Of a DNA stretch of 64,000 bases, positions 13,601 to 28,600 are shown in pieces. Every line of letters starts with the position of its first letter. The stretch's first letter is position 1. Below the pieces are notes generated by a model. It ran no database searches. It was not told where the DNA came from and saw only the letters and a program-made list of their open reading frames with translations. The stretch spans positions 1-64,000 of the forward strand of contig NIVC01001685.1 in NCBI GenBank assembly GCA_002269645.1. The letters are read 5' to 3'. A program made the translations under genes and the position numbers. The stretch comes from Macrostomum lignano. Its lineage: Eukaryota.

Positions 13601-16600
13601 TGTCAAATAATTCATATTGACTAAACTCAGGATAATATGCATATGTTGGAAAATTCCAATGTATAGAGGAATCTAGAATATACTATTGGCAGACAGATTG
13701 GTATGCAGAAAGTATATACCCCTTGGAGTATATAGCTTGGCATGTAAAGATTGCCAAGACAATAAGTAAGACCAAGTTATAAGTCCCAATCAATATTACA
13801 ATATATACTGCAATTGGCATATAAAAATGATTAAGTTCAAGCCATATTGCAGCCAATTGCCATTATTGCAAACAATGTTTAGTGCAGATTGGCCTTCAAT
13901 AGTTTAAGTATAGTCTGGCATGGTTTTTATTAATCTTTTTTGCAAACATACATGCCTAGCCTCAAAATTTCACCTATCTAGTGCAACTTAGTTTTGTCCA
14001 GATTTGTGATTTAATTCTTCTCGCTTGCAATTTAGTTCTCCCAATTGTGATTTAATTTTCACTTTGTATATGACTTTTCTTGCCTTTTTCTATTTTCTTC
14101 TCTTTCTCTTTCCTTTTCCCCCTTTCTCTCTTTTCCTCCTTTCTTTTCCTTTTCTCTTCTTCTCCTTTCCTTCTTCCCCTAACCCGACCGAAAATATTTG
14201 TCCTTTCAAAAACAGTAAGTGTGCCAGTTGTGCCACAAATATGCCCTTTGACAGAGTTATAAATGTCTTTGTATGTCATATTTGGCACACTTGATACAAT
14301 TGTACCAATTGTGCCGTAGCTATGCCATTTGGCACAGTTTGTAAATGTCGATGTATGTCCTATTTGGCACACTTGACACAAATAGTATTTTTACTGCTAA
14401 TTGGCCAATGAAACCAATTGGCACACTTGGCACACTTGCTACAATTGTTCCAGTTGTGCCACAGCTATGACATTTGGCACAGTTATATGTCTTTGTCCTT
14501 CTTGGCACACTTGGCTCAAATAACCTTTTTTATTGCTAATTACCTAACAAAACTGTTCGACGCACACCCGGTGCAACTTGCACTGAGGCTGCGACGTCAG
14601 TAGCTTCGATTTTGGCAGATGACCGGCAGGTTTTCACTCCCAACTTGCGGCATGATCTGCTCAGACGCTCGAAAATGGCGCAACCGCGTTTGATTGACGC
14701 CATTACAAAAGAACTAAAGCAGCAGATCACGCAGCATCTCGCCGTCCATCTAGATCAGCTCGTGGACCCAGCCGTCACAGTTGACAACATGCTGGTCGAC
14801 GACAATGGAAAGAAATTATACTACGGTAAGAAATTAATAGTCCTTCATTTATGATCGCGCAAATATCCTATTGTTACTCTCAAACGCTCTTCAATCCTTA
14901 AAAAACACCTCTGCAGCCAATCGGTTTCGCCTTTACGTCCAACGTCGCTTGGACCAGGGTCACGGCCAGTAAGGATATATCAAGAACCAACGACTCCGGC
15001 CAACCTCAATGCACTTCTCCGCAAGATGGTGCGGGGGTGCTTCAGCGACGACGAGATTTTGGTAACGTCGTTGAGCGGTCGCGCTACTGAGCCTGGTCGG
15101 CCACGCCTGCTACCTGGCTGGAATCGACATCCCAACCAATGAAAGCGATTGAAAAGGCCTACGTCCGATGCTCCATCACCGTCAGTCGGCGTGAAAAGCA
15201 ATCCGGACGTTTGCCTGTAAAGAAACTTCGTCAAGGTGCGGCTGCCAATGTCACTGACACTGTGCAGTCGGAGGCGGCTAATGCACTCGCGAGGACTGAG
15301 CGCGGGATATCTGCTGTTGCATCTAGCAAAACTAAACTTGTTTGGCAGATGCGGGACCCGTCTAGCTTGGTCTGTCTCCCTCATGTTTCTGGTTTTGTTT
15401 TCCCCTGGAAATATGCTCTTTCCCACATAAAGTAACCAACTACATTACTATAGTTAGTGCCAGACTCGTAAATTACAATAGCACCAGGAATCAGACTTGT
15501 TGTCTAACTAGAAAAGTATAGGGGAACAGAGGTATTGGAGTTGGTTTCACTAATTGCTTGTTTTTTATCTAGTTGTTTGTTTGTGCTTTTTAAATTAATA
15601 CATTAGATGTATACATGTTGTTACATTAAAATCCTGTGCCACGTGTAGTCGACTCAGTAGTTAATTTGTTACATTGCATGTTTTAATTTCAAATGTATTA
15701 GAAGTGTAAACTCTTTGACTGGCACCACAATTTTCATGCACCGCGCTTTTTAATTACGTTGTTTTGTTTCCTGTCCAATGTCCGCTGTCTGTTATGTTTC
15801 TTTCCGTTAACTTCTAGTATGCATTTTTTAATTCCGCAGCCTCCCCTTTTTCCTGTTTTATACATGTTTTTTTGTCCTATTTGCTACTTCTCATTAAATA
15901 TATACGTATTTATGCAACATCCCTTTTTCCAACTGTTTTAATCTGTTTATGTTCGCGCTCAACATTATTTTAAAGTTTAATTTACATTGACAACTCTTTT
16001 CAATTTGTCTTCCCTCATTTAAACATGAGAAGGACCTCTCGCAAATCTTAGCTACTTCATACACTTCATAACTCGTAGTTGACTAACGGGTCAACTATAA
16101 CAGCATCAGATAGAACATTATGCGCTTAGTTTAACTGCTTTAAACTGCAAATTCACTCGTCTGGAGAATTTACGCCAAATGGCACAGTACGCGCTAGTTT
16201 AACTGCTTCTAGCTGCACATTTACTCGTATGGTGCCAAATGGTACATTTATGGCACAGTTGTGCACAATTATAAGCATTCAAAAATGGCTCAGACAACTG
16301 GCACAGTTGTGGCACAGTTGTGGCACAGCAGTGCACAATTAAAAATTTGATTCTTAATTGTGTCACATGTGCCAATTGGCACAGCTTGGCACAGTTATAT
16401 TTGTGCCAAGCTGTGCCACCAATTGTCGATTCTCACAAATTTCGTGTCGTTTCGACAGTTATTTTGGGATTCCCCCCAATTCATTTTTTATGTGCTATTT
16501 GACGCATTTAAAGAACAATTATTTCCGGTCGGGAATTTTTTGTTTTTTTGTGTTTTTTATTTTCCAACTTACCTTGGCCAGCGGCCATTTCAACAATCTG

Positions 16601-19600
16601 GTTTGGACTAGTCAGATGGGTGTTGGGCATGCATGTTTGCAAAGAAAAAAAGTTGGCAAAGCTAAAACTTGGGTTGTCTTTTATGTTTCATCTTGGCATA
16701 TTTGCATATGCAATATAAGCCCATTGGAATACATAGGTATATAGAAGCTTAGGAAGCATACACTGGTACATAATCTTAACACTGGTCATATAAGAGAACT
16801 GAAGGTCTAATAGACAAACAGGTTTATTTGTGGCAAAATTCACTTATTTTTATGGCTTTGAGAGGATACATTTATAACAAAAAATAATTATCATAATTAT
16901 TTTGTACAATATGACAAAAATTTCTGGCTTGATTTCTGTGTTAAGTCATTCAAATTGGCTAAAAAATAGACTATTTATGTATAAAAGAACTATTTTGTAT
17001 TTAAGAATGGTCTATTGGAATATAAATTTAAATTATAACTCTCATGCAAAAATAAATAAATTTTTTAGTCCTATGTTTTAACTTATAATCAAAACCATTT
17101 TATCTACAACCTATATAGCCATGGCTTACAAGCTAAAAAACTCATACTTCTATGCTATATTAGCATTATTATTTATCCATCCATTCAATCAATTCAAATA
17201 AAAAAATTGCAAATGAAACTATATTAGTGCCTGTAAATATTGCATGCTATGTGTAATGCATGCTATAGTTTAATAAGGTTCCTTATCTGTGCTATACCTA
17301 TAATAAAAAAGGTAGCCTACATGCTAGAATTCCAGCATATATTTTTCTGGTCCTTGCCTATCATATTTTCTAGCATACAAATGTATATTGTCTAGCATGC
17401 AAACTGAATCTTTTACTCAAATGATAAAGACTCTCCTTTGAGAAGTCTTTCATGCAAATGACTTTTTTGCCACAATTTAATTCTTATAATACACAAGTAT
17501 ATAATCAGCCATTTCCTAAATTTTATTCCACCATGCACCAACTACTAGGTGTGGATCTAGAAAATTTTGAATGGGGGCACTGATTAATAAGCTAAGGTAT
17601 ATTCATTGTGTTGCCATTGTATTTATAATGTCTTTTCACCATTAAATTTTTTTTCAATGGAATTGCACCCTTTAATTGTATCTCATTCAAGCTCACTACT
17701 TGAAGTAATGAATGTATAAACAAGCTTGTATTTTGTTTTATTTTAGGTGAACAGAATTCTTAGCTATTATCCGAGTCAGTCAAAATCTGGCCAATACCTG
17801 TTCAATGGGCAGGGGGAGAATGCTGTTGTTGCTACGGGAATATTCCTGCTGGAATCCAACCTGGCCGTGAGTGTTTTTTGACTGCTAAAATTTCAATTTA
17901 TTTAAAAAAAATGATGGATATTTTTATGTTATATGTGCATTTAATTGACATGACATGCAGATGTTGGACCAGCTGCTGCCAAAGCTGTTGTACATATTTG
18001 ATTCGCTAGTTGGCGCCTGTTGGGAAGATCCACCATCTGCCGTTTATATTCACAGTGAGTTCTTAAATTATCAAATGTCATGTTTTTAATGTTTGTGTCA
18101 AGTCAACAAACTAATAGAACTAAAAATCCCCATAGTAGAACTAAAAATTCCCATAGCAGAACTAAAAATCCCCAAACTAAAAAATCCGCATAGCAAAACC
18201 AAAAAACCTCATAGCAGAACTAAAAATCCCCATAGCAGAACTAAAAATCCTCAGAGCAGAACTAAAAATTCCCATAGCAAAACTAAAAATCCTCATAGCA
18301 GAACTAAAAATCCCCAAACTAAAAATCCGCATAGCAGAACTAAAAATCCTCAGAGCAGAACTAAAAATTCCCATAGCAAAACTAAAAATCCTCATAGTAG
18401 AACTAAAAATCCTCATAGCAGAACTAAAAATCCCCATAGCAAAACTAAAAATCCCCATAGCAGAACTAAAAATCCCCAAACTAAAAAATCCGCATAGCAA
18501 AACCAAAACACCTCATAGCAGAACTAAAAATACCCATAGCAGAACTAAAAATCCTCATAGTAGAACTAAAAATCCTCATAGCAGAACTAAAAATCCCCAT
18601 AGCAAAACTAAAAATCCCCATAGCAGAACTAAAAATCCCCAAACTAAAAATCCCCATAGCAAAAATAAAATCCCCATAGGAAAACTAAAAATCCTCATAG
18701 CAGAACTAAAAATCCTCATAGCAGAACTAAAAATCCTCATAGCAGAACTAAAAATTCCCATAGCAAAACTAAAAATCCTCATAGCAGAACTAAAAATCCT
18801 CATAGCAGAACTAAAAATCCTCATAGCAGAACTAAAAATCCCCATAGCAAAACTAAAAATCCCCAAACTAAAAATCCCCATAGCAAAAATAAAATCCCCA
18901 TAGGAAAACTAAAAATCCTCATAGCAGAACTAAAAATCCTCATAGCAGAACTAAAAATCCTCATAGCAGAACTAAAAATTCCCATAGCAAAACTAAAAAT
19001 CCCCATAGCAGAACTAAAAATCCCCAAACTAAAAATCCCCATAGCAAAAATAAAATTCCCATAGGAAAACTAAAAATCCCCAGAGCAGAACTAAAAATTC
19101 CCATAGCAAAACTAAAAATCCTCATAGCAGAACTAAAAATCCTCATAGCAGAACTAAAAATCTCCATAGCAGAACTAAAAATCCCCATAGCAAAACTAAA
19201 AATCCCCATAGCAGAACTAAAAATCCCTATAGCAGAACTAAAAATATCCAAAGTAAAACTCCCAATAGAAAAACAAAAAATCCCAATCTCAAATTGAAAT
19301 TGCAGAACTGCCTCCCTCGGAGAACTTCGCCTTCGTGCTCACCAGCATTCTTTGCCAGATTGCTGGCGATAGCGAGAAATACCGAGACGAGATTGTTCGC
19401 CACTTGATTGGCAGCCTCGAAGCGTTTAATAAATTGCTACCGGAGACTTCTATGCGGGATAGTAAGAGCTGTTTTCCTGTTACTTTTAGGATTTCAAGGT
19501 GCCAAGGCAGAGTTTGATGTACTGAAGTAGATTTTGAGGCGCCAAAGTGGTTTTTGAGGCGCAAAAATAGGGTTTGAGACGCCAAAGTAGGGTTTGAGGC

Positions 19601-22600
19601 GCAAAAATAGGGTTTGAGACGCCAAAGTAGGGTTTGAGGCGCCAAAGTAGGGTTTGAAGCGTCAAAGTAGGGTTTGAGGCGCCAAAGTAGGGTTTGAGGC
19701 GCCAAAGTAGGGTTTGAAGCGTCAAAGTAGGGTTTGAGGCGCCAAAGTAGGGTTTGAGACGCCAAAGTAGGGTTTGAAGCGCCAAAGTAGGGTTTGAGGC
19801 GCCAAAGTAGGGTTTATGGCGCCAAAGTGGGGTTTGAACCGCCAAAAAAGGTTTCGAGGCGCCAAAGTAGGGTTTTTAGCGCCAAAATAGGTTCTGTGGC
19901 GTCAAAGTAGGTGTTGCGGCGTCAAATTTGGCTTTGAGGCGCCGAAGTAGGTGTTTTGGCGCTAAATTAAGGTTTGTGTCGCCAAAGTAGGTTTTGAGGC
20001 GCCAAAGTAGCCAAAGTAGGGTTCGAGGCTCTAAAGTAAGGTTTGTGGCGCCGAAGTAAGGTTTGTGGCGCCGAAGTAGGGTTTGTGGCGCCAAAGCAGG
20101 TTTATCGACTCCGAAGCAGCCTGTGAATACATTTCTAACCCATTATCAAACCAGAGCGCGTCTGCTTCCACTGCCTGCCCTGTCTGCTTGGAATTCTGCG
20201 CGCTTTTGGTCGGGTGGCGCCTCCGTCGTCTGCTGGCAACGGAGACAGCGACGCGAACTCCAATTGTCGGTTTCTAACGGCGTCGCTTTTTCCACCGCCG
20301 TCGCTGTTTAAAACGGAGTCGTCAGGAGGCGCCGTTGGAGTGCATCAGCTGGACGATGGGCTTGCCGACTGTCACGGCGAGTTGACTCTGTCGTTGCCGC
20401 AGAGACCATTTGATGCGTTCAAACCGATTTTGCCAAGATCGGTGTCGCATTCTATCATGGCGTCGCAAGACTCGTTGCTGAGGCCTAGTAAGCTTAAGGG
20501 TTTGCTCAGGGGCTGCTAATTATGACGATTGGCCTGCTTTGAATGATTTTAAAGCTTGAAAATTCATGGACCCTGAAAAAAACTTCAGGTTTTGCTGAAC
20601 ATATTCAAGGATTGTTCTGGTACTGTTAGAAAACCTCAGAAATTCTTAGAGAACTTTGGGAATTCTTAGAAAACTTCAGGAATTCTTAGAGAACTTTGGG
20701 AATTCTTAGAGAACTTCAGGAATTCTTAGAGAACTTTGGGAATTCTTAGAGAACTTTGGGAATTCTTAGAAAACTTCAGGAATTCTTAGAGAACTTTGGG
20801 AATTCTTAGAAAACTTCAGGAATTCTTAGAAAACTTCAGGAATTCTTAGAGAACTTTGGGAATTCTTAGAGAACTTTGGGAATTCTTAGAAAACTTAAGG
20901 AATTCTTAGAAAACTTCAGGAATTCTTAGAGAACTTTGGGAATTCTTAGAGAACTTTGGGAATTCTTAGAGAACTTTGGGAATTCTTAGAAAACTTCAGG
21001 AATTCTTAGAAAACTTAAGAAATTCTTAGAAAACTTTGGGAATTCTTAGAAACTTCGGGAATTCTTAGAGAACTTTGGGAATTCTTAGAAAACTTCGGGA
21101 ATTCTTAGAAAGCTTCAGAAATTCTTAGAAAACTTCAGGAATTCTTAGAAAAATTCAGGAATTCTTAGAAAACTTCAGTGGTTGTTTAAAAACTTTAGGT
21201 ACTGTTAGAAAACTTCAGTTATTGTTAGAAAGCTTCAGGGATTGTTAGTGAACTTCAGGGATTGTTAGAAAGCTTCAGGGATTGTTAGTGAACTTCAGGG
21301 ATTGTTAGTGAACTTCAGGGATTGTTAGTGAACTTCAGGGATTGTTAGTGAACTTTTGGGATTGTCAAAAAACTTCAGGGGCTGTTAGAAACTTGAGTTA
21401 ATGCTAGAAAACTTCAGGGATTGCTACAAAACCGCCTAAAGCCAGAAGTCAATAATGCAATCCAATTTCAGTGTCGGTGCCGCACGAGAGATCCATGTCG
21501 CCGAAATCGCCCACGGACACCCTGGATGGCCCAGTCGGCTCTCGCACCTTCATCGGCGATTGCAACAAAGAGGAGATTCCGGATTTGGGGTCCTATCTGT
21601 TTGATAGGGCCTGCTCTACCTATTCCAACTACTTGGCCATGTTGGAGGGGTCCGTTCTTGCATCGGCTACCGACTTTATGCTCGCTTTTACTGAAACTGA
21701 GATTGATAGCGTGAGTTTTTCTAGTAGCAGATTTTCTAATTCTGTTGGCTTGAAATAAACTGTACCCTACTTGATATCCGTCAGTTGGACTGCACCCTCC
21801 CTGAGGTCCTGCAATTAGACTCTACCCTCCCTGAGATCCTTTAGATGGACTGTGCCCTGGATACATGGGCTGTATCCTCCCTCAGATCCATGACATGGAC
21901 TGTACCTTCCCTGAGATCCTTCAGATGGACTGTGCCCTGGATACATGGGCTGTATCCTCCCTCAGATCCATGACATGGACTGTGCCCTCCTGAGATCCTT
22001 CAGGTGGACTGTACCCTCCCTGAGATCCTTCAGATGGACTGTGCCCTCCCTGAGATCCTTCAGATGGACTGTGCCCTCCCTGAGATCCTTCAGATGGACT
22101 GTGCCCTCCATGAGATCCTTCAGGTGGACTGTGCCCTCCCTGAGATCCTTCCGGTGAACTGTGCCTTCCCTGAGATCCTTCAGGTGGACTGTGCCCTCCC
22201 TGAGATCCTTCAGGTGAACTGTGCCCTTCCTGAGATCCTTCAGGTGAACTGTGCCCTCCCTGAGATCCTTCAAGTAGACTGTGCCCTCCATGAGATCCTT
22301 CAGGTGGACTGTGCCCTCCCTGAGATCCTTCAGGTGAACTGTGCCCTCCATGAGATCCTTCAGGTGGACTGTGCCCTCCCTGAGATCCTTCAGGTGGACT
22401 GTGCCCTCCATGAGATCCTTCAGGTGGACTGTGCCCCCCTGAGATCCTTCAGGTAGACTGTGCCCTCCTGAAATCCTTCAGGTAGACTGTGCCCTCCTGA
22501 AATCCTTCAGGTGGACTGTGCCCTCCCCGAGATCCTTCAGGTGGACTGTGCCCTCCCCGAGATCCTTCAGGTGGACTGTGCCCTCCCCGAGATCCTTCAG

Positions 22601-25600
22601 GTGGACTGTGCCCTCCCCGAGATCCAATTAGCAGCCAATGCCCACATCGCATTCATCCCAACGCAGATCTGCCAGCTGTTTCGCACCCTGACTGAGACCT
22701 GCTCTGGTCAGCCGTCTGCTGCGGACTTCTTTGACGAGCACGTCAGGCCGCACCGACCTCACTGGTACCCCTACTGCACCCTGTACCGGCCCGCGCTGCT
22801 CTGCTATCTGCTGCTGATCCGCGATATTGTCCGAGCTCAACATACTCAATTGAGCGCCAATCTCACTCAAAAGCTGCAATCGTTAGTAATGTCCACTTAT
22901 AAAGAGTCCAATGAACAGATTAGCAGCCTGTACGGCCGAGAGTCTGAGAGACTGGCTCACGGTAGCTGCGTCAGTCCGTTTGGTCTGGCTGTGGAGTGCA
23001 GCGCCGCCTGTGTACCGGCTCTGGTCTGTCTGGTTAGCAGGTGAGTTAAATGGGGTTTTGATTTCAAGTTTAGAGAATGTCCTGGATGTTGAATTTCTCT
23101 GGCTGTAAATCTTTAGATGTGAATACTCCGGAGTGTGAATGCTCATGGGTGTGAATAGTTTCAATCGGAGTGTGAATCTTTAAGCGCGAATCTTTAGAAT
23201 GTGAATTCTTGTTGATGTGAATCTTTAGGGTGTGGATCTTTGGAGCTGTGATTCGTTGAGGGTGTGAATCGTAGTGGGTGTGAATATTTAGAATGTGAAT
23301 CGTTAGGGGAGTAAATCTTTAGGGTGTGAAGCATTGGAATGTGAATCATTAAAGTATGGGATCTTTAGGGTGTGCATCTTTGGAGATGTGATTCGTTGGG
23401 AGTGTGAATCGTAGTGGGTGGTGTGAATCGTTGGGAGTGTGAATATTTGGAGGTGTGAATCTTTGGGAAGTCAGTCGTTGTGGTTGTGAATCTTCAGGAC
23501 GTAAAAATCTTTAGGTTGTAAATCTTTCAGCTGTGAACCTGTGAATAAAGGCTTAAATTTGATATTTATTGCAAAATAAGTTTGCATTCACACGCCCACA
23601 CGAAAACAAACAACACACAACCCAGAGTCGAAGACGTGGACTCTCTGTCCAACAATTTGATCTGCTGGGCCAAGGACGAGTCCCGCAAGCACGCCCTCGG
23701 CAGCTCCAGCCACCTGCTGGCCGTCCTGTACGGCATCGGCCGCCTCGCTCAACGGTTCAACTCCATTGCTAAGGAGGCGCTGGACTGTCTGAATGATTTC
23801 CTGTTGTTGCCGTCCAGAATCTTGAGCAGGCTGGATGCAGCCAGGTCGAGAGAGTCCGCTAGCGGGGCCGCCTCTGGCAAAGCCGGTCTGTCTGCCGCTG
23901 CTGCTGCTAGAAGAGACTTGGCTACTCAGCTGCTGCACAAAGTCCGGGATACGGCAATTGCCAGTTTGTGTCGTGTGCTGATCGTTGATCCAACTCTTAT
24001 TGACTTCTTCCTGGCGTCTGTTAGTGCCAGGTTCTTCCTGGCTGTTGAGTCTACTCGGTAGGTTTGCTATTGGATTGTTGGCTTGTGAGCTCGGGTTAGT
24101 GAGGGGTGCTCATGTAGCTGATGTGAGCTGTGATGCTCAGGGAGGGTTGCTCATGTAGCTGATATGAGCTGTGATGCTCAGGGAGGGTTGCTCATCTAGC
24201 TGATATGAGCTGTGATGCTCAGGGAGGGTTGCTCATGTAGCTGATATGAGCTGTGATGCTCAGGGAGGGTTGCTCATGTAGCTGATATGAGCCGTGATGC
24301 TCGGGGAGGGTTGCTCATGTAGCTGATATGAGCTGTGATGCTCAGGGAGGGTTGCTCATGTGGCTGGTATGAGCTGTGATGCTCAGGGAGAGTGCTCATG
24401 CAGCTGATATGAGTTGGAGTGCTCATGTAGCTGATATGAGCTGTGATGCTCAGGGAGGGTTGCTCATGTAGCTGATATGAGCTGTGCTGCTCAGGGAGGG
24501 TGCTCATGTAGCTGATATGAGCTGTGATGCTCAGGGAGGGTTGCTCATGTAGCTGATATGAGCCGTGATGCTCAGGGAGAGTGTTCATGTAGCTGATATG
24601 AGTTGGAGTGCTCATGTAGCTGATATGAGCTGTGATGCTCAGGGAGGGTTGCTCATGTAGCTGATATGAGCCGTGATGCTCAGGGAGGGTTGCTCATGTA
24701 GCTGATATGAGCCGTGATGCTCGGGGAGGGTTGCTCATGTAGCTGATATGAGCTGTGATGCTCAGGGAGGGTTGCTCATGTAGCTGGTATGAGCTGTGAT
24801 GCTCAGGGAGAGTGCTCATGCAGCTGATATGAGTTGGAGTGCTCATGTAGCTGATATGAGCTGTGATGCTCAGGGAGGGTTGCTCATGTAGCTGATATGA
24901 GCTGTGCTGCTCAGGGAGGGTGCTCATGTAGCTGATATGAGCTGTGATGCTCAGGGAGGGTTGCTCATGTAGCTGATATGAGCCGTGATGCTCAGGGAGA
25001 GTGTTCATGTAGCTGATATGAGTTGGAGTGCTCATGTAGCTGATATGAGCTGTGATGCTCAGGGAGGGTTGCTCATGTAGCTGATATGAGCCGTGATGCT
25101 CAGGGAGGGTGCTCATGTAGCTGGTATGAGCTGTGATGCTCAGTGATAAGCAGTGAATGGTCTCAGGTAGAAAGCGTACATTCCCACCAGAGTCTGACAG
25201 CCAGAACTGAACCTTGCCGCCCACAGAGACACAAACCTGATGTACGTGAACACCATCCTGTCGCTGGGTCGAGTTGCTGTGGAACTCCGCAACTGCATCG
25301 AAGACAATCGCGGAAGTCGAACACAAGAAGCTGTTGTGCAATTCTTTCAGCAGAGTCTGCAACAGGTGCAAACGCAGCGTCTGCCTGTGGATCTGGGCGG
25401 CACTATTATTGACCAGCTGGGCTGCCTCATCATAGCTGGATGCGTGAGCATGTTTTTGAGCTGTACAAACCCGAATCTTCACAAGCTCGAATCTTCACAA
25501 ACTCAAATCTTCACAAACTCGAAACTTCACAAACTCAAATCTTCACAAACTCAAATCTTCACAAATTCGAATCTTCGCAAACTCGAAACCTCATGGATTG

Positions 25601-28600
25601 AGAACTTCACAAGCTCGAAACTTCATGGATTGAGAACTTCACAAGCTCTAACTAACATCATTATCCTCCCCAATTCAGCCTACGGTGGACCATCAAATTC
25701 TGAGCTTATTTAGCGAGCTATCAGTCCGTCATTCCTTGTCCGACCCGTCATCGAGTCAAACCCTGCTAAATCACGTGATCAACGCCTACGCAAATATGGG
25801 AGCCAGCGTCACTGGCGAGGAAAGTCTGTACGATCTGTTGGGTCGCCTGCTGGAGCTGTTTGTACTGCTGGATTTGGAGGCCAGAAATCGATTGACTGAT
25901 TTGAAAGCGGTTCGTAGGAAGGTCACCGAGTGCCTGGGGTCGCTCATTCCAGTTATTGCCGTGGTGAGTCTGTCTTTGTTGTTGAGGATTTCTATTGTTT
26001 GGTTGTCTTACTTTAGGATTATTTGCCACCGTGATAATCTCACCTAAGATTATTTAGCATCTTGCATATCTCACCTGAGATTAGCTATCGTCTCGGTAGT
26101 CTCACCTGAGATTATTTAGTATCTTGCATATCTCGCCTGAGATTATCTATCGTCTCAGTAATGCCAACTGAGAATATTTCTCGTCTGAGTAATCTCACCT
26201 GAGATTATCTGTCATCTCAATAATCTCACTTGAGATTATTTAACATCTCGGATATCTCAGATAAGATTATTTATTGTCGCATTAAATCTCACCTGTGATT
26301 ATTTAGCATCTTGCATATCTCACCTGAGATTATATATCGTCTCATTGATCTCACCTGAGATTATCTGTCATCTCAATAATCCCACGAGAGATTATTTAGC
26401 ATCTTGAATATCTCAGATGAGATTTTAATCACACCAATAATCAAACATGATACTATGTCACAGTCATACCTGATATTTTTAATCGAAACCTTTGTAATCC
26501 TTAAGGAATACAGTCCTTAATCTTTGATAATGAATTTTTAAAAGGCTTTTACAGGCTCCTAACGTGTCTCAGTCTCATCCTAGAACTCATTTTGAAACAT
26601 TCCTTCCAGCTTGTCAGCCGGCTTCCAACCACCGTTGAGCCCAAAATGCGTTTGGGCAAACTGTTCAAAGACTTCTGGCTCTACTGCGTACTGCTGGACT
26701 TTGTGCACGAGAATGCTCCAGTTGATAGTAAGTAGTAGATGCCGAGCATTTTGCTTATTGTATTTTTGTTGTATCGTTGCATTCGCTTGTCATTACAGAG
26801 TGGCCCAAGGAGTGGCTTCGCGGTATTCGGGAAATCGCGGTGAAAAGTCCTCTGCTGCTGAGCGGTGCCGAGAAGCAGAACTCTGAACGGGTGCCGACCG
26901 CCCTGCCTCTGCCCTCCAATGTGGTGGGTCTGCGGTTTGATGCGCGTTTTCTGTGGCTTCCCTGCCTTTCTGCCTGCTTCTCTTTGTGTATCTACACATA
27001 CACCTACCTTATCTACACATACACCTACCTTATCTACACATACACCTACCTTATCTGCACATACACCTACCTTATCTGCACATACACCTACCTTATCTGC
27101 ACATACACCTACCTTATCTACACATACACCTACCTTATCTACACATACACCTACCTTATCTACACATACACCTACCTTATCTACACATACACCTACCTTA
27201 TCTACACATACACCTACCTTATCTACACATACACCTACCTTATCTACACATACACCTACCTTATCTACACACACACCTACCTTATCTACACACACACCTA
27301 CCTTATCTACACACACACCTACCTTATCTACACACACACCTACCTTATCTACACATACACCTACCTTATCTACACACACACCTACCTTATCTACACACAC
27401 ACCTACCTTATCTACACATACACCTACCTTATCTACACACACACCTACCTTATCTACACATACACCTACCTTATCTACACATACACCTACCTTATCTACA
27501 CACACACCTACCTTATCTACACATACACCTACCTTATCTACACATACACCTACCTTATCTACACACACACCTACCTTATCTACACATACACCTACCTTAT
27601 CTACACACACACCTACCTTATCTACACATACACCTACCTTATCTACACATACACCTACCTTATCTGCACATACACCTACCTTATCTACACATACACCTAC
27701 CTTATCTGCACATACACCTACCTTATCTACACATACACCTACCTTATCTGCACATACACCTACCTTATCTACACATACACCTACCTTATCTACACATACA
27801 CCTACCTTATCTGCACATACACCTACCTTATTTACACATACACCTACCTTATCTGCACATACACCTACCTTATCTACACATACACCTACCTTATCTGCAC
27901 ACACACCTACCTTATCTACACATACACCTACCTTATCTACACATACACCTACCTTATCTACACATACACCTACCTTATCTACACATACACCTACCTTATC
28001 TACACATACACCTACCTTATCTACACATACACCTACCTTATCTGCACATACACCTCACCTTATCTACACATACACCTACCTTATCTGCACATACACCTCA
28101 CCTTATCTACACATACACCTACCTTATCTACACATACACCTACCTTATCTACACATACACCTACCTTATCTACACATACACCTACCTTATCTACACATAC
28201 ACCTACCTTATCTACACATACACCTACCTTATCTGCACATACACCTCACCTTATCTACACATACACCTACCTTATCTACACATACACCTACCTTATCTGC
28301 ACATACACCTACCTTATCTGCACATAAACCTACCTTATCTGCACATACACCTACCTTATCTACACATACACCTACCTTATCTACACATACACCTACCTTA
28401 TCTACACATACACCTACCTTATCTACACATACACCTACCTTATCTACACATACACCTACCTTATCTACACATACACCTACCTTATCTACACATACACCTA
28501 CCTTATCTACACATACACCTACCTTATCTACACATACACCTACCTTATCTACCTACCTATCTACGTACCTACCTACCTACATTATCTTATCTTACTAAAT

